DNA from: Lama guanicoe
Lineage: Eukaryota
Reading direction: 5' to 3'
Assembly (NCBI GenBank): GCA_013239625.1
Contig: MU054187.1
Coordinates: forward strand, 12,503,325-12,567,324
DNA: 64,000 bases
Part shown: positions 1 through 12,384 of the stretch, piece by piece
Layout: each line of letters starts with the position of its first letter
Position numbering within the stretch: the stretch's first letter is position 1
The notes under the pieces: generated by a model
Seen by the model: the letters and a program-made list of their open reading frames with translations, nothing else
Databases searched by the model: none
What the model was told of the DNA's origin: nothing
Made by a program: the position numbers and the translations under genes

Positions 1-19
1 AACTTTGATAAATACCTAA

Positions 20-235
20 GGAATAATGAGCCACCATTTATGGCACGCCTCCTTGTAAGCCACACTCTGAACTAGGCCTTATACATATTAGTTTAATTCT
101 CAGAGTAATTTGATGAGCCCCATTTTACAGAAAAGGAAACAAGTTCTGGGAAGTCAAATGACATGCCCAAGGTCACGCAGTCAGCAAGCAGCAGAGCCGT
201 AACTCCCTTTAGCTTCAGCGTCTGTACTGACTCAT
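20..235 (-). mobile_element. MIR-type ancient SINE fragment (TRAM1 intron 1)
   Basis: CCCATTTTACAGAAAAGGAAAC...TGCCCAAGGTCAC resembles the reverse-complement MIR core; boundaries approximate. Confidence 0.6.
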
Positions 236-2019
236 TTTGGCTAGTAGTGCGGTATCTATTACTGCTTTGTCAATTCCACCATAGACGCTCTGACATTTCC
301 TCAATATACTTACACAAAAGGCCTAGCAGTTCTGCTGCAAAAACATCAGCTTCTCTATTATTCTAGCACAGACACTGGCATTCTATAATTACGTTAATAT
401 TGATATTCAGCAGCAATTAGCTTAAAGGTCAAGCAGCAAAACTAAGCTAATGAAATTTTTCCCACCTTTTGAAAACACACTTTCAAATCCTAAAACTTCG
501 ATGTACGGTGAGAAAAATGCAGTACAGCTGCACAAACTTCCTTCTGTGTACTACTTTAACATTCTTTTTTGAACTGACTTTAAAAACTTCTGTTTAGATC
601 TTGGTTGTGTCTATTTCAATTTATAAATTTTATAGATGTACATAAAGGTACACAGATGTACACAAACATCCACACCTTGCTAACAAATCATTGACATGTG
701 GGGCAAGGTACAGGGAGGTGGTGAACTTCCCTAGAAATGTGGTAAGAGAACATGAAATAGTTTACATAGAAGCACAGTTATCACATTTCTAAGTGTCAGC
801 ATTTCTGATTTATATTCCATTTCATTCAAAGCACTACAAAATACCTTGCAGGGAATATTACTCCTAAATTATATCTTTAAAGGTAGGAATTCCTACCATG
901 TGGAGACAGGTTATGACAAGTTTTACAAAATTGTGCAAAATGTTGCATATACAGAAGTATTACTTATATCAAAGCAGAAAGTATAGCTAAATGTAAAATT
1001 TGGAAAGTGAGTACAAACGTTAGGCAATGCACTTTTAGTATCATATACATTCATATAGTACTTTATAAACCATGAGATGCCATCACACCATATTATCTGA
1101 TTTTGGCAACAATGGCTGTGAGAACAGCACAGGTGGTGGTATTTCCTTACACAGCGCAGAAAAACTGGGGTTTGGCCTTGGGTGGTTCAGTAGGTAAGAA
1201 GCACAGGCCCAGCCTAAAGCGAAGTATGTGACATGTTAGTTCCCTTCTACCTTCCCTTTCAGGATGCCTACTACCTCCTTAGCAGTGTACTAAGAGAACA
1301 CTATTAAGAATTAAAAACATCTACATCTAGATTCAGAAAAGCCCGTTTGAAGAGAAGCAAAAATATGTTAAAAAATTAGATTACTTAATAACACTTAAAA
1401 AACCCACATAGACTCTATTTAAAAAAATTATTTATTCTTTTGGCCACTGGCAGCCTCATTCCACCAGATTTTCTCAAGAATTCTTAACGTCACTCATTAA
1501 ACAAATATTTTGCAAGCATCTCCTATATGCCAGGCACTAGTCTAGGCGCTGGAAATAGATTAAGAAAACCCAAAACTTTCTGCCCTCACTGACATTGCAT
1601 CCCAGGAGTAGGGCAGACAATAGTCAAGTAGGATAATTAGTATATTTGATGGGGTACAGGAGCTACAGAGAAAAATTTAAAACGGAAAGATTAGGAATGG
1701 GCGTGTGTATTGGGGAGCGAGGGAAAGAAAGCCGTGGGATGTTACACGTTCACCTTGCAAAGTTTATTACCCACATTCAACAGCTGTTAACCAAGTCATC
1801 ACAATACTCGTTCTGTGGGAGGAGAATTTACACACTCCTGACATTTCCATCCTCTCCTACTTCAAGAAACAAAAAGGAAATTATTCGACTTCACGGCACT
1901 GCTGTTCAGAACCTGGATTTATGTATCAGATTTTGTTTCTTTAAAGAAAAAGCAAGCGTAAGAGCAAAAAGTTCGGCCACTGGTAACAATACCAGTTTGG
2001 GAGACAGGAGTTAAGACAA

Positions 2020-3250
<1,231 letters not shown>

Positions 3251-3868
3251 CGTTGATTGTCACTTCTTGAAAGCCACCGCCACTATCAAGATAATCTAAA
3301 CATATGCCTGCAGCTTAACTACAGAAGGGTAGGAGCTTTCTTCGGTTTTTAGCATCTGCCTTAAACGTTAAGTTGAGTTGTTTTAAACACTTCTGAGGAC
3401 TTTTTCCTGTTCCTTGTAGGCTTGAATTAGTTTTTTAAAAAAGAATAATTCCTATTTGGTCTCATTTACCCATCTCCCATCCCTCATTCCCCACCTGGCA
3501 TCCGACTGAAGATGGGGTAAGTGATCAGTTTGGATTTACTGCCTCATACTTATTATTAACAACACTTACTGGCAATCTAGGGAGATGATAAAAAAAAAGT
3601 TTGTGTATTAGGCATGTCCTCCTCTTACATATTTCTGCCCAAACCAAGAGTCCTTTGTATTATTTGTCCCGATGAATTGTACCACTCTCCACCCATTTGC
3701 CAAATCTAGAAACCAAAGTCATGCAGCACTGTCTGCATACTTTCATATGCAAACTGTTATCAAACCCAGGCCATTCTGTCCCCCTTCCCCCCCCAATGCT
3801 GCAGTGGGGGACTTAACCTCTTGTCTACAATGTTACAACTCTGGTGAATGCCTTGGTTTAAGAACATG

Positions 3869-6800
3869 TTTTATTTTTAATGTTTGCACTAGAAATTCTT
3901 TTTTTCCCTCTGTCTCTATATTTTAATTTTATTTTTTAAACATTTTTATTGATTTATAATCATTTTACAATGTTGTGTCAAATTCCAGTGTAGAGCACAA
4001 TTTTTCAGTTATACATGAACGTATATATATTCATTGTCACATTTTTTTCTCTGTGAGCTACCATAAGACCTTGTATATATTTCCCTGTGCTATACAGTAT
4101 AATCTTGTTTATCTGTTCTACAATTTTGAAATCCCAGTCTATCTCTTCCCACCCCCCGCCCCCTTGGCAACCACAAGTTTATGTTCTGTGTCTGTGAGTC
4201 TATTTCTGTTTTGTATTTATGCTTTGTTTTTTTTGTTTCTTTGTTTTTAGATTCCACATATGAGCGATCTCATATGGTATTTTTCTTTCTCTTTCTGGCT
4301 TACTTCACTTAGAATGACATTCTCCAGGAGCATGCATGTTGTTGCAAATGGCGTTATGTTGTCGGTTTTTATGGCTGAGTAGTATTCCATTGTATAAATA
4401 TACCACATATTCTTTATCCAGTCATCTGTTGATGGACATTTAGGCTGTTTCCATGTCTTGGCTATTGTAAATAATCCTCCTATGAACATTGGGGTGCAGG
4501 TGTCATCCTGAAGTAGGGTTCCTTCTGGATATATGCCCAGGAGTGGGATTCTTGGGTCATATGGTGAGTCTATTCCTAGTCTTTTGAGGAATCTCCATAC
4601 TGTTTTCCACAGTGGCTGCATCAAACTGCATTCCCACCAGCAGTGAAGGAGAGTTCCCTTTTCTCCACAGCCTCTCCAGCATTTGTCATTTGTGGATTTT
4701 TGAATGATGGCCATTCTGACTGGTGTGAGGTGATACCTCATTGTAGTTTTGATTTGCATTTCTCTGATAATTAGTGATATTGAGCATTTTTTCATGTGCT
4801 TATTGATCATTTGTATGTTTTCCTTGGAGAATTGCTTGTTTAGGTCTTCTGCCCATTTTTGGATTGGGTTGTTTATTTTTTCTTATTGAGTCGTATGAGC
4901 TGCTTATATATTCTGGAGATTGAGCCTTTGTCGGTTTCATTTGCAAAATTTTTTTTCCCATTCTATAGGTTGTCTTTTTGTTGTACTTATGGTTTCCTTT
5001 GCTGTGCAGAAGCTTGTAAGTTTAATTGGGTCCCATTTGTTTATTCTTGCTTTTATTTCTTCTAGGAGAAAATTTTTGAAATGTATGTCAGATAATGTTT
5101 TGCCTGCATTTTCCTCTGGGAGGTTTATTGTATCTTGTCTTATGTTTAAGTCTTTGATCCCTCTTGAGTTGATTTTTGTATATGGTGTAAGGGAGTGTTC
5201 TAGCTTCATTGCTTTACATGCTGCTGTCCAGTTTTCCCAACACCATTTGCTGAAGAGACTGTCTTTATTCCATTGTATATTCTTGCCTCCTTTGTCGAAG
5301 ATTAGTTGACCAAAAGTTTGTGGGTTCATTTCTGGGCTCTCTATTCTGTTCCATTGGTCTATATGTCTGTTTTTGTACCAATACCATGCTGTCTTGATGA
5401 CTGTAGCTCTATAGTATTGCCTGAAGTCTGGGAAGAGTTATTCCTCCAGCCTCTTTCTTTCTCTTCAGTAATGCTTTGGCAATTCTAGGTCTTTGATGAT
5501 TCCATGTAAATTTTATTATGATTTGTTCTAGTTCTGTGCAATATGTCCTGGGTAATTTGATGGGGATTGCATTAAATCTGTAGATTGCCTTGGGCAGTGT
5601 GACCATTTTAACAATATTGATTCTTCCAATCCAAGAGCATGGAATATCTTTCCATTTTTTAAAGTCTTCTTTAATTTCCTTCATCAATGGTTTATAGTTT
5701 TCTGTGTATAATTCTTTCACCTCCTTGGTTAGATTTATTCCCAGATATTTTATTACTTTGGGTGCTATTTTAAAGGGGATTGTTTCTTTACTTTCTTTTT
5801 CTGTTGATTTATCGTTAGTGTAAAGAAATGCAACTGATTTTTGAACATTAATTTTGTAACCTGCTACCTTGCTGAATTCTTCAATCAGCTCTAGTAGCTT
5901 TTGTGTGGACCTTTTAGGGTTTTCTATATATAGTAACATGTCGTCAGCATATAGTGACACTTTCACCTCTTCTTTTCTAATTTGGATCCCTTTAATTTCT
6001 CTCTCTTGCCTGATTGCTGTGGCTAGGACTTCCAGGACTATGTTGAATAGGAGTGGTGATAGTGGGCATCCTTGTCTTGTCCCAGATTTTAGTGGGAAGC
6101 TTTTGAGTTTTTCACCGTTGAGAACTATGCTGGCTGTAGGTTTGTCATATATAGCTTTTATTATGTTGAGATATGTTCCCTCTATACCCACTTTGGCGAG
6201 AGTTTTTATCATAAATGGATGTTGAATTTTATCAAATGCTTTTTCTGCATCGATTGAGATGATCATGTGGCTTTTGTCCTTTCTCTTGTTGATGTGATGT
6301 ATTACATTGATTGATTTGTGTATGTTGAACCAGCCTTGTGTCCCTGGGATGAACCCCACTTGGTCATGATGTATAATCTTTTTTATGTGTTGTTGGATTC
6401 TATTTGCTAATATTTTGGTGAGGATTTTGGCGTCTATGTTCACCAGTGATATTGGCCTATAATTCTCTTTTTTGGTAGTGTAATTGCCTGGTTTTGGTAT
6501 CAGGGTGATGATGGCTTCATAGAATGAGTTTGGGAGTATTCCCTCCTTTTCAATCTTCTGGAAGAGTTTGAGAAGGACTGGTATGAGTTCTTCTTTATAT
6601 GTTTGGTAGAATTCCCCAGTGAAGCCGTCTGGTCCTGGACTTTAATTTGTAGAGAGGTTTTTTATTCCTATTTTGATTTCATTTCTAGTGATCTGTTTGT
6701 TCAAGTGGTCAGTTTCTTCTTGATTCAGTCTTGGTGGACAGTATGTTTCCAGAAACTTGTCCATCTCCTCTAGGTTATCCAGTTTGGTTCCATATAGTTT

Positions 6801-6927
6801 TTCATAATATTCTCGTATGATATTCTGTATTTCTATTTTATTTGTTGTAATTTCTCCATTATCCTTTCTTATTTTGCTAATTTGTGCTCTCTCTTTTTTC
6901 TTCTTTGTGAGTTTGGCCAGAGGTTTG
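3869..6927 (-). mobile_element. Young 5'-truncated LINE-1 (ORF2 RT and C-terminus plus 3'UTR), inactivated
   Basis: ORF fragments 5409-6443 ([23 protein letters not shown]), 4937-5329 and 4247-4810 ([18 protein letters not shown]) are L1 ORF2; stop near 6643 plus frameshifts; AATAAA at 3945-3950 (minus); TSD core TAAGAACATG at 3859-3868 and 6928-6937; the flanks rejoin into a MIR-like sequence. Confidence 0.96.
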
Positions 6928-8639
6928 TAAGAACATGGGTTTTTAAATCAGAATTCTGTCACTTATTACCTGTATGATCATGGACAAGTTGCTCAATTTC
7001 CATGACACTCGATTTCCTTATTTATTTATGTATTCATGTATTCAGAAATATTTATTGGGAGTCTACCATATGCTAATCACTGAGGATACTAAAGGAAAAA
7101 TACGAATGAACCTATTCTTATGGGCTTTCATTCTAGTATGAGAAGATAATCTTTAAACAAGATTTAAAAAGTGAAACATATGTTAAGTTGAGATGAGAGT
7201 CCTGGAGAAGAATAAAGGGATTGAATAGGGAAAGTGTGGGGAAGACCTGAAGAGATGAGGGAGCAAAGCATGTGGATGTCATCTATAAAAAGGAGATAAT
7301 TGTAGTACCTAATTCAGCAATTAAATGAGACAATTCAAGGAAAACACTTAGTAGAGAGTTCGGGCTCTATAAATGTTAGCTATTCTTATTTTCCTATTTT
7401 CTGATGAAACAATTACTAGTTTTACTTACATCCAAATCACTTTCCAATTTCACGTTAGAATGATGCTTCTAACAAAATTTTTCAAAAATTTTTAGTGGTT
7501 TCCCTTTAGAACTTCATGATTTAGCACCTGCCTACCCAAACAGGCTCAAACCCTGCCTCTATAGGCTCCAGTCTCTTAGTACCAGGAATACTGGGCTTCA
7601 CACCCTAGACACGCAGTAGTATGCTCTCTTCGCAGGCTCTGCCCTGGCTTTGTGCCTGCTGCTGCCTCCGACTGGAACGTTTTCTCTTCTCCTCTCATCT
7701 ACCCAGCACATTCCTACTGTTCCTTCAAGTCTCATTCACATGGGACCTCACCGAAACCTTCACTGACTTCTGTGCCTGTCTCTCATTTGCATTTTTAAAA
7801 ACATCAATTGCATTTTTTTATTTTTCAGTTTTATTAGGTAGAATTGTTGTAATTTGACTGCACATATACAGTGCATTGCATGTAAATAATACACAATATA
7901 CTGCACATATTTTAAAAATTTACATATATGTACTGTTCATTGTTGCTAAGAACGTTTAGAGCTGTAGCTTTTTAAACTTACGTAATTATCAAATGAATAA
8001 AGCCAATCACAAAATAAGAATTAATTCAAAAAGATACATACAGCCCGCTATTAACAACAACATTATTTATAATTGCCAAGATATGGAAGCATTGTAAGTG
8101 CACATCAATAGATGAATGGATAAAGAAGATGCAGCATATATATGTAATTTAATACAGCTCACCCATAATCAATTGCATTTTTAAAAACAGCTTTAATGAG
8201 ATATCATTTATGTCACATAGGTCACCTATTTTGAAAGTACAATTTGATGGTTTTTAGTATATTTATAGAGTTGGACAACCATCTCCACATTCGAAGTTTA
8301 GAATGTTTTTATTATTCCCCAAAGAAAGTTCTTTAAACTCATTTACCTGGAATGGAAGACAGTTGATAAACAAGTAATTACGAATGTGATGGGTATTTTC
8401 AAGACTTGTTTGGTGAAGGGTGTGATGGAAGTATTCTAGGTTATTTGGAAATTCATTGTTCCACTGAAGTGAGCTTTCAAACTGAAACTCACTTTTTCAG
8501 ACCTTAAGATTTAATTATTTTTCACTCTTTTTGAGAAAATACTCCCCACTGGTCTCTTTCAGTTGCATAAACCTGCCATACTCTGATCAGCCTTAGGACT
8601 TGAGATGACTGTTGGATTTGGCAAGACAGAGGATGTGTT

Positions 8640-9125
8640 TGTGTCAGTTTAGGTTATCTAGGAAACAGATGGCAAGACAAAGTTAGAATCATAAGAGATG
8701 GATCGGCAATAACACTGGTGAAAAATAAAGGGGAGGGCAGCTGGTAGGGAAAGCCTCCAGACCACGATGCCGGTCTGACACCTGTGAAGAGAAGGAAGGA
8801 GGACTGGGCAGGAAGAGCCTGAGACCGAGGTGCAGCCTGAGAAAGTTGTGGCCAGCCCAGGGGGGAGCTCCTGCGCTAGTGCCATCTTCCAGAAAAGGTC
8901 ACAGCTGCTGTCAGGAGGTCCTCTCCCACAGCTCCCTCTTGGGCTCTGGTACCCACTCCTTCCTCGGGCCCCTTGAAGCACGCCATGGTGATAGCCTTGG
9001 GGGATGGCATTATCTCTTGCGGGTTCCTTACACCCTGCCCATACCTCTGAAGAGTCCTTTTATGACCATTTCTCCCAAATTACCCAATTTGAATGTGCCA
9101 GTTGCTCCTGCTAGGACCCTGACTT
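8640..9125. mobile_element. Ancient ERVL-type LTR fragments (LTR16/LTR33-like)
   Basis: GGTCTGACACCTGTGAAG and AAATTACCCAATTTGAATGTGCC...GGACCCTGACT resemble recalled LTR16 and LTR33 consensus segments. Confidence 0.5.
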
Positions 9126-11030
9126 ACTACGAAGATCATTCTTGACCTTCAAGAGAGTGTTTTCTTTGGAACGGTAGGAATAAACGACTGATTGGAGTGG
9201 GTTCAAGAGAAAATGGGACATGGCAAGATGGAGGCGTGAGGATAAGCAACTCATTGAGGAAGTTTTCCTGTAAGAGGAGGCGGAGAAATGGACAAGTAGC
9301 TGGAGAGCGGCTGAGGAGTCTAGGGAAGGTTTTTGCTTTCTTTTTGGATATGATCTATTCTGTGTTTGCACGCAGAGAGAATGACCATTAGAGAAGTTTC
9401 TTCTACAGGAGATACTTGCCGATCTGTGAGAGGTGGTGGCATCTCGTGGACAGAGCACCCACAGGAAGAGAGCTGGAGTTCCCACAGGAACCAGGGGAAA
9501 GCAGGGCTTGTGGACAGGCTGGGAGTGGCAAGATGAAGTTGTCTTCTTCCAGTTGCTTCTATTTTCCCAGTCAGCTATGAAATGAAGTCATCAGGAGTAG
9601 GGAGAGCATATTGGAGTTTGAGGAGAAAGGGGGGTAAAATTGGGGGAGGGTGAATGGATGAGAGGAATGTAACCAGACAGCAGCCCCTTCGTGAGACTTG
9701 GGGACATAAATTTAAAGTGAGACTCGTGGGCAGAGTCACATGATTGTCTCCAGTTCCATCCCCCTGCTTGGATACAGGTACAGAGAAGGCAGAGAGTTGG
9801 GGCTGGCCAGGGTGGTATGACAGAGGCAAGGATGTTGAGGGGAAACCCAGATTGGGGCAGGGGTGAGGAAGTGAAGGCTGTGAGGAGGTGGCTGTGGTCC
9901 TTATACCCTGTCACCCTCCACCCTTTTATCGCTGTGAAAGGCGAACCTCTCCAGACCGCATCCCTGAGGCTCCCTGGCCCTCTAACTTCCAGTTGAGTTC
10001 AGCCAGTGGAAGGCACTGGGGCCAAAAACCGGAAGAGCGTTTTGGGGACTTATTCTCCCCTGACCCCTCCTTGCCTGACTGTGGTTCTGTGGTGGCCATG
10101 ACCCTTGGTAGCCTTTCTCTCAGTGTTCTAGCTCACTGAGCTCGGGACTGATTCTCTCCCTGGCCTCTCAGGCTGTTGATGGTAAAGGCTTCCCACAGTC
10201 CTCATCCCTTGGAGCTTCCCTGTCTCTGGTTGGTTCCCTCAAGCGGCCCACTCTTCTGTAACCAGGCCTTTCATGAAACTCTCCCTCCAGTGAAGCCCTT
10301 GTGAGCGGGCCATCTGTCCCCTGCCAGTTCTGTATCCCTAGGTCAGGACCTCTGAATTGGAGGCGCCCCTGGGCTTGAAGGTGTTTGGAGCGGGGCTCGC
10401 TGTCTGAGGAGGGAGTGCTCAGAGGGTGGGATGCTGGGAGCGAATTCAGAGGTTGTGCGGGCTTTGGCCGTGAGCCGGGAAGGGCAGGGAGAAAGGGAGT
10501 GGGGGGCGGAGGGGGAAGGAGGGGCGGCTCACCAGCAGAGAGGAGTCCGGAGGGGAGGGCGCTCTCCGCGCACTTTACCTGGACCTTCTGTCACCAAGGG
10601 TGACTGAAGGGGCAGAAAGGGGAGGGAGCCCAGGAGGGCGCCAGGTGGCAGGAATGAGGAGGAGGGGGCCGAGCAGGGGAGCCCGGTTAGCGGGTGGGGG
10701 GGGGAGGCAGTCGTCACGGGGGGGAGGGAGGTGGTCTAGTTGGAGGGCTTGGGCTTCCCTAGAAGCTGGGCTTTTGGGGCGAGGGAGGAGACCCGTCTGT
10801 CCTCGGCAGAGAGGGTCAGGAAGAGCACCCACTCCGCCCTGGGCTCTGTGGCGTGCGGGGCGTGGGAGGCAACAAGCAGCTGCCTCCCGAGAAGGCTTGA
10901 GGGGAAACAGGGTTTAGTTTCCACTCAGAGCTGCCACCAGGTTTCTAAGCGAAAGGGCGAGGGAAATATGCAGAAAGGTGTGGAGGGTGCGAAGGATTTT
11001 GAATGACGGGGTTCCCAGGGGTGCCCGGGA
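9126..11030 (-). mobile_element. Fossil LINE-2 ORF2 (endonuclease to start of RT), interrupted by an LTR
   Basis: Minus-strand translation HFLLNPLQSVVYSYRSKENTLLKVKNDL resembles the L2/CR1 LLNPLQSGFR..STETALLKVTND motif; ETW and SHAPHATEP near 10830-10960 resemble the L2 endonuclease N-terminus. Confidence 0.65.
9910..10335 (+). mobile_element. LTR33-like ERVL LTR nested in the L2
   Basis: GGCTCCCTGGCCCTCTAACTTCCAGTTGAGTTCAGCCAGTGGAAGGCACTGG and the 3' end GAGCGGGCCATCTGTCCCCTGCCAG resemble the recalled consensus. Confidence 0.5.
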
Positions 11031-12267
11031 AGGGCTGGGGGGAGGTGAGCTTAAGTCAAGTAAGCGGATGAAGGGCCACCTGGGGAGGAGAATGTGGTGA
11101 TGATGATGGATGAGCTGAAGGTTTGCCTCCTAAGGGGACTAAGGTGGAAAGGGTCCCGAGGCGTGGGAGGATTATCCAGACGGTCTTTTAGGGGAACGTG
11201 GGGGAATCAGCTCGAATTTTAGCTTCCTTTTTGGGATGGGCCTCTTACGAAGTTTGTAAGGAGGGGCGACTGCCATCAAATCCTCTGAACGTGGGTCCTG
11301 GTGGTGAGGAAAGTGGTCTTAGGGCCATGGACTGTTCTCTTTAGCAGACTGATTGCTCGGTGTGTCCAGCGTGGCTACTCCACATACAGAAACCATATTC
11401 CAGGTAAGTGTTGTTCTGGCAATGTAGCTTGGACCCTAAAATGCTTAGATTCTCAGGACATTTTAAATAATTTTAAAAAGGACAAAAAACAGATTGTTTA
11501 AAATTGGGTCTATCCAATCTATGGTATAGGGTTGCTATCATTATGAGAAATATAAAAGAAACATAAAGATGATTTTTGCCCTCATAGAGGTTATCTCTAT
11601 TTGGTCTTTCAAGATGTATATAAAGAGGAAAAGTCAGTTCTGAGATGATGTGAAAGTAAGTGCAAGACAGCGCCTAATAGAAGTAAGAACTAAAATGGAG
11701 CTGGTGGATTTCAGCATCTCCTAGGGGACAAAAGGATGAAAAAGAAGAAATTAACATTTGTTACATGACCACTGTCCCAGGTATTTTGCTGTCACATAGG
11801 TTATATCATTTAGTTTTCACAGAAACCCTATGAAATCGTTGTTATTCTAACTTAAAAATGGGGAAACTGAGGCTTGCAGATGTTAAGTAATTTGCCCAAA
11901 GTCCCAGGGCTGGTAACTTGGCCTCATCAGGACTGTCTCTCAATGTATCTTTTTTTCCTCTCTTGTCTTTTGTTTCAAGTTGGCTTCATTTTTCCCTATT
12001 ATAAATGGACTTTATTTACATGGCAGAGAACATGCTCACAAGTTCTATCAGAGCAATCCCAAGGAAAGACCTAGACTAGGCTGGCATGGTTGTATGATCA
12101 TATCTGGGTCATGTGGCCCGTCTTGGTCATGTGCTTTTTCCCAATAGTAGGGTAAGTGAGTCTATTATTAGAAGATACAGAGGAAAGGGTGTTGGGCAAA
12201 TAAGAATATGGACCAACATAGATGTTCCAGAGAACACAGTGGTGGGAAGGTTCTAAAGGCAGACGAA

Positions 12268-12384
12268 TTTGACACAACATTGTAAAATGGCTATAACTCA
12301 ATAAAAAAATGTTAAAAAAAAAGCATTTTATACCTTAAAAAAAAAGAAAGAAAAAGAAAGACGTTTAAAAATAAATAAATAAAT
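12268..12384 (+). mobile_element. Extremely truncated L1 3' end with composite tail
   Basis: TTGACACAACATTGTAAAATGGCTATAACTCAATAAAA matches the 3' end of the long L1; TSD AAAGGCAGA(C/T)GAA at 12255-12267 and 12385-12397. Confidence 0.88.

Noticed and set aside
4247..6443. Reverse-transcriptase ORFs as a novel or domesticated RT gene
   Set aside because: Ordinary L1 ORF2: 5'-truncated, broken by frameshifts and a stop, with poly(A) and TSD.
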